NCBI GenBank assembly: GCA_964016885.1
Contig: OZ024740.1
Span: 189,906,001 to 189,970,000 of the forward strand
Direction of reading: 5' to 3'
Source: Eledone cirrhosa
Lineage: Eukaryota
Length of the DNA stretch: 64,000 bases
Position numbers and translations under genes: made by a program. The notes beneath the pieces were generated by a model that made no database searches, was not told the DNA's origin, and saw only the letters and a list, made by a program, of their open reading frames with translations. Every line of letters starts with the position of its first letter. Position 1 is the stretch's first letter. This document shows positions 25,815 to 40,278 of the stretch, one piece after another.

Positions 25815-28760
25815 ATCAGAGAGGTTTGCATCTTGCGATCTCTGTGAATGGTAAAGTCCCAAATAATTGTGGCTCCTTCAGTTTCAGTTAATGGTTGTGG
25901 TTTGTGTCCATACTAGTTTTCTGCATGTTTTCCATTGTGCATTTTGCATATTATCCAGTGGATATATAGTCCAAAACTATCATGTCTAATCTTATATTTA
26001 GTTGTTGCTAATATGGGAAATCTACATATTATATTGTACTTTTCTTCAGACCGTATATCACATATCCTGCATTTGGGGTCTGCTTCATTTCTGAGGTTAT
26101 TTGCCTAATAATTCCTAGTAAAGAGGATCTGGTCCATACCAGAAAAATTAAAGACTTCTGTTTCAGCTCTTAATCCCGAATATCGTAGCCATTTATGGTT
26201 TTGTACTTCATCCACATCAGCATCATAGGTGCAAATTGAGAATTGGCTGTGCAGCGCTTTTTTGTTGACATCTATCTCAACATGATTTCCAAACTTCTAG
26301 CTTTGACTGGCTTCTGTGGATTTTTGGTGCCATAGTTGGAATTCGGTGAGATTCATTATTTTGATGGGTATCTTCCGTTTTTAGTTATTTCCTGTAATTC
26401 CCTGCCTCTTTGAGTACTGAATCGAGTTTATTTGGGTCTTTGCCTTCTCTTACTACCACCACCATCCATTCAATTCTGCTCTCTATGTATGTTTGTAAAT
26501 CTATTTAGCTATTTTGTATGACAGTCCCAGTTGGATTTTTCCTCTACCCCTTCTTGTTTTGGCAAATATAAGCTGTCTACGCCTGCATTTGTGTAATGCA
26601 TTTTTTGTCTGTGAGGGATTTCAAACTTTGGAGTCCATTCTTTGAAAATCACAAAGGTTCGAGTTGACGATGCTAGAACTGTATAATACCACTGGTACAG
26701 CTACGGTGTTTATAGCCTGGAAATGAATTTTAGAATTTAGTTCAGTTTTCATTATCAGCCTTACTCTTCTGTAATATTCCTTTCGTAATTTCTCCTTCAA
26801 TTGAATGTGTTTAATTCCTTCATCTTCATTTACCCTAAAATATTGATAGGTACCTTCTAAGTCTAACTCCTGTATGGCTGTATCTGTATCGAGTTTAAGC
26901 GATGGCATCTTTGATGGATTTCGTCTTTTACACTTTGCCTTGGCGCATTTTTCAAGGCAAAGTTCTACACCGATTTTATTGCTAAATTGCTTCACATTTC
27001 TTAAAAGTTCTTCTAACTCTTTGAAGCGTATACCATACCATTCAGGTCACCACAAAAGAAAACAACAAATGATTAACGATGTTATTGTTGCTGTTCATCT
27101 TATATACGTATCCAATCCTGAGCTGAATTGATATTGGACAGAGAGCAAAGCAAAAGAGAAGAGGGTAGAAGGAATCATCTTGGAATATTCCACAATTGAT
27201 TTTAGTTTTATCTGACTTTATGATTCTTTTGGTCTGTTTTAAAAAGTGGTTTGTACTATAAGAATCATCTCATAATCTTATTAACTATGAATTGCTCTCT
27301 GCACCTATATGAGTTTCTTTTAACTTATTGTTATTCTTAGAGAATGGTTTCATTTTCATAAAAGTATTTGCATGTCCCCTCAGTTAGTATAGATGTCAGA
27401 ATTTTGTAAGTCGTAGTGAGATAGGTTTTTGGCCTATCAATTTTTGAGGTTCTTTGAGCGAGCAGTTTTTGGTAGAAGGTATATTGTGCCTTCTCTCAAC
27501 TAGTTTGTGTTTCGTATTATAAACATAATATCACTAGCAAGCTTTCATGCATCCATGTAACTACATTTAGTCTATATAATGTAATTTCTTTACTATGTGC
27601 TTTACTAGGTGCCTGCCTTAGCTCTTACATCTCTATTTCTTGCCATTCCTGGTGGTTAATAACTCTCACGGTCTACTAATCCAGTGAGCTTCTTTATTAT
27701 ACTGTGTATCATTGCTCATTATGATTTACCAGAATTGTTGAACCTCATACGTATTATGTGGTTCCTTAATCCCCACTGGATGTTTTCCCATTTCCTGGGA
27801 AAATTTCTTTGCATAAATGTGTAAGATGATTTTGTTTTGTTTATAGAACTTACTACTCTTATCATATCGTCTAACTCTCTGTGCTTTGAACTGGATTCGA
27901 TGTTTCACAGTCTCTCTCATGTTCAAATAGATTCTCCTTATCTGTAATCTTATACTTTCTTTTAACTTTTCTTGCTTTTCTAGTCTTTACATTCATACCT
28001 CTGGTTAGCTCTTCGACTATTGACAATTCACCTCTCACGTTATCAATTCCTTTTTGTATTTCTTCCTTCTACTTAGGTTGCTTATGAACATGTCTGGTTT
28101 TGTTTTTCTTAATATCATGACCAAATTTGTAGCTTGTAGCCTTAGCTGTAGCGTATACGAAGTTGTTGAGAGAGCTTCTCTGGTTCTCTGTTATTACATT
28201 GTGTTCTTATCTGTTCTAATTCAATCTATGTCACTTGGTTTTCTTTTACAACGTATCTACATGGTTTCCTAGTTTATTGAGATCTATGTACGGCGGATGT
28301 TTTTGCTGACCTGTTTCCTCCATTATGTTTGGTTTGTAATATTTGATTGTGGGTTGTTTCGAATGCTGTCATAACTTGTTTATATTTCTCCCTAGTCCAT
28401 TTTCATTTTGTTTTCTGATTTCGAGTGTTATTTGTATGTGTTTTTTTTCCTGGTGCAAGGTTGGTGATTTCCTGGTTTTGGTGACCTGCTGAACTATTAG
28501 ATGTGGAGGTTGCTCCAGTTGTAAACATTTTGATTCCAGCCTGTTGCACCATATTGAGATGCGTTCCTTGGTAACCTGCGTGATGGACGATGCAGTATAA
28601 TTTTGGGGAGTTTACGCACAGTGCACTAATACATTCCAACTTATTCTTATTGGCAAGGGCCATATATGTGTGTAACACACTAGATACCTTTGCTTAAAGA
28701 AGCTTTGTGATGCCCGTCTTCCCTCGTATGTAGAAACTTCGCAGCCTCCAAACTAAAATT
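25815..28760 (-). mobile_element. Long decayed R4/Dong-like non-LTR retrotransposon
   Basis: KAQRVRRY.K...YKQNK (27726-27926), GIFQDDSFYPLLF, FSNKIG...LEKCAK...EYYRRVR.I.KTELNSK...AINT.AVPV (26621-26995), DPKCRIC and IIWDFTIHRDRK. Confidence 0.85.
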
Positions 28761-29132
28761 AAATAATAAAAAAAATAAATAATTATTATCATTATCACCA
28801 TTACACGAATTATCTTTTAAATGCTTTCCGTGATGTGTTAATGTTTGCATTCGTTGTAGTTGTGATGGTGGTTGTTGAGTTGTTACTCGAGTAATCATAG
28901 TTAATGTGGATAGTAGTAGTCGTAACACCCAAGCCCTCACCCTGGTTCTGGTAACGGTACCTCTTTAAATGCGTCTGTAGTAGTACTAATAGCGTAGTGG
29001 TGGTGGTGGTGGTGGTGGTGGTGATAATGTGGGCGTAATGGAGTAGTGATGGAGGTAATGAGGGAGTAATGATGGTGGCGTTGACAATGGAATAGCTGCG
29101 ATAGTAGTGATGGAGTTGTTGTTGCTGCTATT

Positions 29133-29163
<31 letters not shown>

Positions 29164-29679
29164 TTGATTTGGTTAAATGTTGTAGCCATTACAGAGGTGT
29201 GTTGTTATTGTTTTATTTGTTTTTCTCCTTAATGTGTTGTGTTTGATTATGTCTGTGATATGCTCCGTAATCATACGGCTTGCTATTAACAACTAGTATA
29301 CAGTTTAACATCTGACTTCCTCTGTTTCCTTAATAGTTGAACTAAACATTCTGAGTTTTTCGAAACCACGTGAGAAATGATTATTATCATGGGATTGGTG
29401 GTGGTAGTGGTGACATTATGTTGGCAATTGTATTTAGTGCAATTGTTTGCCTCCATTTATAAACATTTTATTTTGTGTGGAGGAAGAGGGGACGAATTTA
29501 GAATATAAAATAAAATATGTAGGCATTTGGCCCAAATATTGTGGAGTCTCACTTCTTGAGGATAAGGGTTGATGCATTATATCGCCTTTGCAACAACAAA
29601 TATATCACAGCAAGCATGCTAAACATCTGATAAAACAGAAACTTACGTGAACGAATCAATAACAATATATCCATCACAT

Positions 29680-29716
29680 CCTTCTTCTTCTTCTTCTTCT
29701 TCTTCTTCTTCTTCTT

Positions 29717-29747
<31 letters not shown>

Positions 29748-29810
29748 TTCTTCTTCTTCTTCTTCTTCTTCTTCTTCTTCTTCTTCTTCTTCTTCTTCTT
29801 CTTCTTCTTC
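29680..29810. repeat. (CTT)n trinucleotide microsatellite
   Basis: Direct reading. It is the source of the poly-K and poly-S pseudo-ORFs. Confidence 0.95.
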
Positions 29811-29829
29811 CACATCATTCATAGTTTTT

Positions 29830-31045
29830 TCATTATGAAGTTGGATCGATTTAGTAGCGGAAGATTTACCGTGTTTAATATGACTTTTGCGCACTTAACT
29901 AGGCCAAATTCCATGTTGACACCATTCCTGAATTTTATAACGTTTACCAGTGGCTCTTTCAGATCTTTGTCAACTTTTACTTTCATTACTATTTCGGGAT
30001 GGGTCAGATCGTGGGATGCATTTCAGTACCTACCTTGAAGGACTGTTGCAGCTCTCGGTGAAGGAGGCAGGAAGTTCTGAAAAGCTGATAACATTCGATG
30101 AAATATGGGACGCACAAGAGACAAATCGCCTGGTTTGTATATTCTGACTTAAAAGCTATACGCAAACATGCTAGATTTGTTCGCCGACATCATAGTGAAC
30201 GTCTACTCTGACTGGCATCAGAACTAAATAATTCCTAGTTTTGTAAGGCATTGGGTGGTGGCGCTGCTTAAAAAGAATCCGAACAAATGGACCATAGAGA
30301 TAATTTCAGGCCTGAAACTCCGTTAAAAGCAAAGTGTGAAATTCCGGGTAAGTTGTTAGTGACGCTTGTAGGTGGTCTCGTAGGAGAGGCACAACCATTT
30401 ACCATTCCAGAGGTAGACCCTCTCATGACAACCTCCAACAAATGCGATACATAATAGAGAATGTGTCTAAGCAATGAACGTGGCACGGTGGGGCCCTGAT
30501 CAACTTAGATCAATCGAAAGCTTTCGATAGCGTCGACTAGGCAGCGGGCTTCGGGCCTATATTCAGAGAATGGATTGCTGCAATGCAGAGCGACATCTGT
30601 TCAGCATTGAGATTGGACGGCTCTCTCTCGGAAGTGTTCAGCATCGTGCACTCTGTTCGCCAAGCTTGTGGACACTCGTATGTACTGTATGTATTGACTC
30701 TTGAGTCACTGCTACATAAAGTGTACGCATTGAACGGAATCCCACAGGAATTAGGAATACGAAGTGACAATACAGTTGCATACGTCATGTCCGTCATCTA
30801 ATACTGACTGACCGTTTTTCCTTGACCTGGTCCATGACAGACCCCACTGGGGTGTTTGCTTTTTTGCTTTTTGTAGAAGGGTCTCGTGCCAATGGTCTGG
30901 CAATACATATACTGCCAACACCCGCTAAATGGAGGATTGGGTATGCAATTGCTGATGATGCGCAAAAATGCGCTCAGGCTACAACACCTCGAAAGTGAGC
31001 AGTTGTATCGCCGGATGCTAGACGTGGTTTCCACAGCTCGTGACC
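29830..31045 (+). mobile_element. Decayed Tx1/L1-clade ORF2 fragment (RT)
   Basis: GGALINLDQSKAFDSVD, AGFGP..R.WI..MQSDICS...DGSLSEVFSIVHSVRQAC...VLYVLTLESLL and CQHPLNGGLGM. Confidence 0.85.
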
Positions 31046-33087
31046 TTGATAGACAAACAGATAGACAAACAGACCTTCTACCGATACTACCAATCCACCG
31101 CCCGTTTAATAATAATAATGATAATTATTATTATTATCATCATCATGTATGTTATTGTTATCATAATTTCGATTATTGATGTTGTTTTCTGGTGATTCTA
31201 TCGATAGTTTAACAGATTAATTCAATATAATTCTGCACCATAGTCCAGAAAGTGATTTGCGTGCTTATTCGATGATCTTGACGATATATTGACGTTTTTT
31301 CTAAAACCATATAATAGCCCCTGGTGAATATAGTTGCGTCACAAATACTGAAGAAAATAGGAAACTTCAGATGTAAGTGTATGTCGCATGTAGCAGTTGT
31401 TAGAAGGTGTACAGAATGTACTTTGGTAGATACAGCAGATGAATCGGTAAAATGCTTTCTGCTATTTAGTCAAATATCTTTACGTTAAAAAGCACCATTG
31501 AATATGCATCGCATTCCGTTCAAACGAGAATATGGCCGATATATGTGACTCTGCTTTCTCCCTATTTTATTGATGTACTTATGCTAGGAATTTATAATGG
31601 CAAGACGTATAAATATAAAATGATGCCCTTTTTTGTATATGTGCCTGTTCTGGGAAATATATGAAATACATAGGCATTTTAATTCAGACTAGTTTTGTTT
31701 CCTTCAGTTAAGTGATTGCTTTTGAAAATAATTATGTTCTATAGCAAATGTGTGGCAACTCATTGTTTTTGCCAATATCATCATTTAATATAAAACAATT
31801 GGACATACTCTGCAAATACATATATTGCATTCTCGTAGCATATATGTCATTGTTTAAGTTAAAGTAAAGATATTTAAATGTGATTTATTCATTTTATGAG
31901 AAATAAATGGTGTAGAGGAAGTATTTTATCTACGATATTCCCAAAACATAATTAAAACTACCTACCATTACAGTAGAAAGAGAAACAGTGGAATCAAATT
32001 GTACATTCATTTTCAAAAACTAATTCACAATCAAGTTTATTATTGTGATGATATGTGTTTGTGTGTGTAAATATATAGGAAAGAATATTAACATCCTAAA
32101 GTCATCATTATGATTATTTTTTCATCGCTGCAGCCCAGTCAAGATTAAAGTGACATCAATTAGATTATTCATTTCGCCGCTGTTGCTAGAAATCAAATTT
32201 AAAATATTGTGTCTGATTAAACTACGCAGTAAAATAGGGAAAGATATTCGGTACAATGCCAAGAAAATGATGATTATAATCAAATTATATATGGCCCGGA
32301 AACCAAGCGCGATTTTATCTGATCAATGCCAGAGAAACTTTGTCAAAGATAAAGCACTAATAAGAAATTGCAATTGAATTTCATACCAGAAACATAGCAA
32401 AATGGCACGTGTTTGATAACGTAACAGCAATTCGACAAAATGGAGTCTAGTTCAATGCTTGATCTCAGTAGAGATTTCCTTAGCTCTATTATAGATAATG
32501 TCTCCAGATTTGCATACGATATGTAAATTAGAAGATTTAAAGAGCTATAGGAATAAGTTAATACGAAAAATATTTTTTTCTGTTAGGTTATTTAGGTATA
32601 TACCGAATTATATATACTAGAATAACACGCGTGTGGGAATTCCACAGTGATTTTGAAAACTATAAGATTGCTGGAAGTTAGAGTGAAACAATTCAGTGAA
32701 AATAGTTATTTTTTTCAAGTGTTAGGTTCTTGTGATGGTGTAAATCAACCTACGTAGTAAGGAATGGGCAGTCGTGGGTGAGATTATCTTTGAAAACTAT
32801 TCTCTATGTTATACAATTATTCCTTCTTCGACTTCAAAGTTAACAATATTTAATCTAGGACAAACATAATTCCATAATTTAACTGTAATATCACGACCAT
32901 ACTGTAAATCTTCAACAAATCTTAATAGGATTTTCGCTACCCTCATTTTTATATCAAAGAAAAATTCATATGCTAGAGCTGTCAGTTACAATGAACGAAT
33001 ACAGTTGCTTGCCATTAACCTGTGTATTCTAATAATAATAATAATACAAATAATAATATATATGTATATATATATATACGTATGTAA

Positions 33088-33230
<143 letters not shown>

Positions 33231-33350
33231 TGTATGTATGTAAATATGTATATATATATATATATGTATGTATATATGTATGTATGTATATATGTGTGCA
33301 TTTAGACATATATGTATATATATATGTATGTACACATGTATGCATGTGTA

Positions 33351-33384
<34 letters not shown>

Positions 33385-33388
<4 letters not shown>

Positions 33389-33608
33389 TAAAAGGAATTC
33401 CAACTGTGTCTGATTTACTCGTTTTATTTTCAATCCTTTAAAGTTATAATGATATTATAATGAAATAGTATGGTAGAATATTAAATGTTAAGTGTTACTT
33501 GAACAAGTACTTTCATGCTTCCGCAATCTTCAGGTTCATAATCAGTGGTGACAGTGAAGTTTGCAAATATCAACTGTTGAAAATCGCAAACTTGACTGTC
33601 ACGACTCT
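33385..33608 (-). mobile_element. Family H solo pLTR with short terminal inversion
   Basis: Matches 62283-62470, the 3' end of the GIY-YIG PLE. Inversion 33548-33602. Confidence 0.85.
33500..33538 (-). ncRNA. Minimal 39-nt type I hammerhead ribozyme, family H
   Basis: Minus strand TGAAC-CTGAAGA-T-TGC(GGAA)GCA-T-GAAA-GTAC-TT-GTTCA, with palindromic AGTACT helix III. Confidence 0.85.
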
Positions 33609-33646
33609 CCATCTCTCTCCCCCTCTCTCTCACTCTCGCCTTTTCT

Positions 33647-33778
<132 letters not shown>

Positions 33779-33867
33779 TACATATGTATTAATTTTATTC
33801 AGGCTAAATAGTCGGTTTTGTTACTCTGCATTTTCGCCTGTTCATCACAGGGCCATCATTCAAGAGG

Positions 33868-33919
<52 letters not shown>

Positions 33920-34090
33920 AAATATATATATATATATATATATGAAAACATGGGGAGAAGAATATATATATACATATATAAATGTGTGTATGTGTGTTTG
34001 TGTGTGTGTGTGTTTGTGTGTGTGTTTATGTGTGTGTATATGTGTACATGTGTGTGTATATATATGTGTGACACACACATATATATATAC

Positions 34091-34703
34091 ATGCATCTGT
34101 GTGTTTCTAAATATATTGTTAATAACTCCCTCTGGTCCAGCAATCTTTGAGGTGTGGGGACTGCTGGAAAGCTTCCATTACTCATACACCTCGTCTCCTT
34201 CACCACCTCTTCTGCGGCTTCGATATAAGTACCCCCTCCGCATCCGTGGTATTTTCTTCGGGGTTATAAGAGGCTTAGCTCTGTTTCTCGACCGTTGTAT
34301 CGCGTGACTATCTCCCCCTCCGCCTTTTGGGATTCTTTCTCACGTCGTGTAGACGCGTTCTTGAGACTAGTAAAATGAGGTATCCTCTTGATAAGTCGGC
34401 AGACCTCGCAGGGACTCTATATCTTTATGATGTATTGTTTTTGATTATGCCACGAAACTACGTAGTCGAGGAATCTAGGAGCAGTTTAGGTATGATACAT
34501 TTTATTACTAATTGTATCTAAATGTTTCTTCAATCTTCATAATGTATTTTTAACTCTGATACTGGTTCAGTCTAGTTCAACCGGATTGGTCTGTCCCAGT
34601 CATTCATTGAGCAACATCGGTGAAGTTGGCACCCTTAACTCACGGTTGGGTGCGGATGCATTCATGTATATGTGTGTGTCCGCATGTATCTGTGTGTTTC
34701 TAA

Positions 34704-34710
<7 letters not shown>
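34091..34710 (+). mobile_element. Family I: non-coding monomer of about 593 bp with terminal direct repeat and HHR
   Basis: ATCTGTGTGTTTCTAAATATATT at 34095 and 34688. HHR at 34383-34472. Flanked by TA-rich microsatellite. Confidence 0.7.
34383..34472 (+). ncRNA. Type I hammerhead ribozyme with U3-A8 core variant
   Basis: TCCTC-TTGATAA-GT(C)GGCA...TGCCAC-GAAA-CTACGTAG-TC-GAGGA, with palindrome ACTACGTAGT. Confidence 0.75.
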
Positions 34711-34767
<57 letters not shown>

Positions 34768-34808
34768 AATATAAATATATGTATATGCATATATATATAT
34801 ATACATAT

Positions 34809-35105
34809 ATGTTAAAATATAAGTAATAATAAAATAGATGTTCTTTTGATCAATTACATTTTATTATATATATTTCGGATGTACAACAGTACGTCCTCAT
34901 AACACAAACTATAATGATACATGACATGTTGTACATCCGAAATATGTATAATAAAATGTAATTGATCAAAAGAACATCGATATTATTAAGACTTATATTT
35001 TAACATTAATAACTCCAGAACATTTTTTTACCCGTTAAGTGCTTCCAATCTACTGTAAAACTCTTTCTTTGACATAATCATTGAATATTGTTTAACAATT
35101 TAATA
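34809..35105. mobile_element. Family J fold-back truncated inside an HHR
   Basis: Arms 34809-34888 and 34927-35005. Both carry CC-GAAA-TAT(A/G)TA-TA-ATAAAAT. Tail to about 35105. Confidence 0.7.
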
Positions 35106-35142
35106 TACAAATGTATATACATATATACATATATATATATAC

Positions 35143-35268
<126 letters not shown>

Positions 35269-35286
35269 CACACACACACACACACG

Positions 35287-35356
<70 letters not shown>

Positions 35357-35361
35357 TTTAT

Positions 35362-35877
35362 GAATTAATTATAACAATGAATAAAAACAAAGAACAAGTT
35401 CCTTATATTAAAACATTCATAATTTTACGATTGTATCTAGGATATATATGTTTGTGTAGGTATGTATATAAATCTATGTAAAAATGTTACAAACTATCAG
35501 TTGAAATATACATACCTTCACATATATATGCTGTCTTTAGAAATAATGATTATTTCTGAAGAAAGCATATATATGGGAATGTATGCATATTTCCTCTGAT
35601 TGTTTGTAACATTTTTATATAGATCTATATGATATATATACCAACACACACATATATATCCTTGAAACGATCGTCAGATGATTAATTTTTTAATATAAGG
35701 AAGTTGCTCTTTGTTTTTATTCATTGTTTTTATTAATTTATCTTGACTCTGTTTTCCTGAGATTTTCATCGAAACATTTTTGAATGCATCTTCTCTTCTC
35801 TTTTCATGATATTTGGATTACATTGAGTTCTTCATACGGATTGGACACTGCCGTATATTTTGGTAGATTTATCTACA
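35362..35877. mobile_element. Family A palindrome (centre 35548) with tail
   Basis: AGAAATAAT-G-ATTATTTCT centre and arms of about 185 bp. Tail 35741-35877 is the reverse complement of 967-1101. Confidence 0.85.
35548..35683 (+). ncRNA. Type I hammerhead ribozyme, family A, helix II of about 100 nt
   Basis: GATTATTT-CTGAAGA-AAGCATATATATG...CATATATATCCTT-GAAA-CGATCG-TC-AGATGATT. Confidence 0.75.
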
Positions 35878-36833
35878 TCTATATATATTATATATATATA
35901 TATGTATATATATATATTTAATTAAGTATTTTACGATTTATGTAAATAATACAAATGCTGTACCTATGATAGAATTTGTCAGTCAATTGATTTACGAATT
36001 ATGTTAGCATTGGTTGTCTAATCTATATTTTGATTTTATGTGTATCTGCAGGTCTAAATTAATATGTATATGTATTTATATCAATTGAAATTATTTACAC
36101 TACAGACATTTATTTCAGAAATGTCAAGTGGAAAATTTAATTAGAAATGTTGTCAGGGAAAGCAACTCCAAATCAATTATATGACGTACACGGGGAACGT
36201 TCTACACATTGTCTTTTTATTACAGTAGCACTATTTACAAATTATACAGACAAAACATTAAAGCGATTTAATTTTCTTTAAAAATAAACAGAAAATGTCA
36301 GCAGTTTGCTAAGAGTTCAGTCATCGAATCATTAATCTATAGCAATTGCACGTTATACAAAATATGTTGTACTCATGTCTGTCTACAACTGTATGCATAT
36401 TTAAAAAGAGGAATATGTATCATGTAAATACTCTTATTGGTTTTACGGAATAAATCTATCTGTAAATATAGTATAGAGGCATTTTGAATCTAAGAATAGT
36501 CTCTATCTGCCTGTGTCTGTGTGTGTAATATGTGTATAGAAAACATTATTACTTGTTTTCTTTATATACATTTCGAAGAAACGAAAGTAATTAACAAACT
36601 CTATCAAACGTAATCCATGAACCTACATTCAGCTCATTCAAAATTTACAAACCAAACAAGGAAAGGTTAAAAACACGCGCGTTCTTCCAAACCACATTTC
36701 GACCTTTCCGACAATGATACGGCAGCAACCACTAATTACTGGCATGGATTTGCGGACATCTTCAATTTGTAGTCATCGTTCTACAGATTTATTTTCATTA
36801 TATTATTAAACTGCAATGACGAACATAATTTAG

Positions 36834-36881
<48 letters not shown>

Positions 36882-36884
36882 TTG

Positions 36885-36982
<98 letters not shown>

Positions 36983-37839
36983 TGTGTGTGTGTGTGCATG
37001 TGTGTGTGTGTGTGTCCATGCGTATATACATACCCTCTTCCATGTATCCTACACACATAGACGCACACTAAAATATATATATATATATATGAGATGTATC
37101 TCTGCTGGGTCATGTGTGCAGATGCCTATATGTGCAACTTGAAGAGACTTCCGATGGAAATACTTTGTATTCAATAAAAAATGACTTTTGCATAATTCTC
37201 TAATTAAACGTCCATAAGATCGATACTGCTTTCCATTAATATCAGGAAAAACTTGTATCGACACAATTGATTTACCAAACTATCACTAAAGGCTTCATTC
37301 ATTTCAGACGTGTATTTTCTTGTTCTTTGCGACCAATATAGGACGTTGCACTCACATATGCAGGCGACTGCGCGAGGCGTATGAAATGGGGAAGAGGTTT
37401 GTGTGTGTTTGTGTATGACTAGGTGAGAGAGGGGGGCATGAGTGAACGAAAGACAGGAAAAAAGAAAGAAATGGCTCATAATAATAAATATAAAATAAAT
37501 TCTTTGTAATGACTTGAAGCGTAATGTAAATATATATATACATTCGTTACCAAGTGTATTCATTCATACACACATACTTATGTCAATATAATATACACAA
37601 TTTTATGTAGTCATAGAAACGCATATACCTTGAAGTAAAAAATACTGTGGCATTTGTAAGACAACACACAAGACAACACATACATCCACATTTTGATAGA
37701 AGTGTTTACACCGCAAACATACACACAGAAAAATACGCGCACATACGTAAACGTGCGTATATAATGATAACTATATAATCTAATGTATCAATAAACATAA
37801 ACACCCAGCTAACACACACACAAACTTATATATATATAT

Positions 37840-37993
<154 letters not shown>

Positions 37994-38109
37994 ATTTTGG
38001 ACGTGAGACCACATGTGAAAGAAAGTTCTCTGAGCTGATCCCCAGTGAAACATATGTGATATATGATTAAATGTTTATATAATTCACCGCTGATTATTTG
38101 TACCCTGAT

Positions 38110-38206
<97 letters not shown>

Positions 38207-38214
38207 GGGTAAAA

Positions 38215-38840
38215 TTCACGAGATACATGGACGAGTTCCCTCCAGCGGTCTCTGACCCTCATCATCGCTGCCATGACCTGCGTCTCCAACACACCAGTGT
38301 CTGTCGTTAGGGCATCAAGATACGTCAACTTCTATCTCCCTCTTCCAGTGTGTCCATGCAGGGGCTCCCACAGGAGCACTGAGTGCAGAGTCATTCTGGA
38401 TGTCAGAGAACATGTACAGCTAACCTCAGTCTCCTTTGTGCTTCTCTCAAGCTGACATTTGGAAGGCTCCCGTACAGATCTGAGGTCTTCATCCTCAGTG
38501 AATACTGATTAATGTTCAGAGCCATCCTCAGCCTTCACGTGTAGCACCCATCCACCATCTGATTGAGTTTCTTGGTCAGTATCCAAGTCTCAGACTTGTA
38601 CAGCAACGAAGAGACGGATCTTCAGGTCTTTACAAGGTCCAACATCCACACCGATCTAAAACTGTAGCACGAGGCTTTGCTCTTCCTCTCGACCACATCA
38701 ACTTCTGTGTTCTCAAACTTCGCTCCCAGATACAGGATGTCCTCAACCAATTCTAGCGACTTCCCTCCTACATTAGTAATCTTCTCTGGCTTCTTAATGT
38801 TCTCTACCAGATACTTCGACTTAATCTCATTCATTCTCAG
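38215..38840 (-). mobile_element. RTE-like LINE 3' fragment
   Basis: [15 protein letters not shown].....EV..RKSKA, ending in MRVRDRWRELV. Confidence 0.6.
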
Positions 38841-38852
38841 AACACACACACG

Positions 38853-38947
<95 letters not shown>

Positions 38948-39027
38948 CTATATATATATATTTATACACACAGACACACACACAGACGCACGCACATGCG
39001 CACGCGCACACGCACACACTACACACA

Positions 39028-39091
<64 letters not shown>

Positions 39092-39864
39092 TGACAGAGA
39101 GAGAGAATCCTGGGTATATTAGATAGCAAGCCAAACTCACAAACGGCGATGTGTTTCGATGATCTAATGTTAGGCGTCTGAATATTGTTAACAAAGGGAG
39201 AAGATTACATCTTGTAGAGCATGCCATACAAATGCTAGACAATATTTCAGTAAGAACGGCAATGACATGCGTACCAGCTGGTGGGAAGATACGAAAGCGT
39301 ACGCCAAAGACAACATGGAGATGTACCTAAAATGCTGCCCTGAGTAGCTGTAACACAATGCTGCCAAGGCCAGAAAAAATATGGAACAGCATAGAGCCCG
39401 TTGCTGTGAAGTTGGAGCAACCCGATAAAAATAAGACCAGATGTTCCTAGAAAACACTGCTTAACCACTAAATTGAAAAATCCAGTTAACTTTTGATAAA
39501 GAAATTTTTCATTTGGAGATTTCGTCGCAGTTCAGTTTCAAATTCGTTGATATGCGAGGAGCATGTGCAGAGACAGGAGACACTTATGAAATCAATGCCA
39601 AGAATATATTGCTCTCTATTGAAATGAGTATTCGCGAAATATAGATTAGTTTATTACTGATGGTTAGATGTTTTTCTGTTGAATGAATGAGAAGATGATA
39701 ACAATAAACCTTGGCTTGTCTGTTTAACCTTCAACTATCCTGGGATTACATCTGACAACATTTGTTTATAAAAGTCATGTTAAGTATGACCAGGAAGTTA
39801 TTCTATATAATGTTACTCCCGTGGAAGAGGTCATTGTGTGTTTATATGTATGTATATATATATA

Positions 39865-40263
39865 TTTCGTTTCTGAATTTGTTTAGCAAGATTCTTTATC
39901 TGAAATCGTGTGTTGAAACCGATATTGTTATACTTTGGGAGGGTCATGTTGCCAATAAGAAACACACGCAAACTGAGCACACAACACACACACAGAAACA
40001 AAATGGCGTAGGACAGAAGAAAGGAAAGGCACAGAAACAAAGAAAGGAATCCCCAGTCACTGAAGAGGTCACATAGTGTGTGACGAAAGGACTATGACTA
40101 TATATAAAAAACAACTATCTGGTTGTGGAACCAACCAACCAGAAATTTATAAGTTTGTAGATTTGTAAATTTATAAATTTATAAATATATAATAAATTGA
40201 AGTGAAATCAACTGGTGCGTGTGTTTCTTATTGGCAACATGACCCTCCCAAAGTATAACAATA
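39865..40263. mobile_element. Family C solo pLTR with inverted arm and HHR (40055-40099)
   Basis: Minus arm 39865-39970 with full tail. The plus arm 39960-40263 ends at AAGTATAACAA followed by (TA)n. Confidence 0.9.
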
Positions 40264-40278
40264 TATATATATATATAT

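Noticed and set aside
29549-29838. Poly-Lys and poly-Ser ORFs
   Set aside because: They come from the (CTT)n microsatellite.
36680-37175. Possible ancient hammerheads (minus 36680-36775; plus 37130-37172), also 43240-43365, 53650-53700 and minus 60244-60280
   Set aside because: Several core or helix I defects in each, so they are not distinguishable from chance without paralogues.
39110-39830. Higher-complexity stretches (also 4590-5330, 54300-55300 and 63510-63940) as coding exons
   Set aside because: I found no sustained reading frame and no motif I can name confidently. They are probably old TE remnants.
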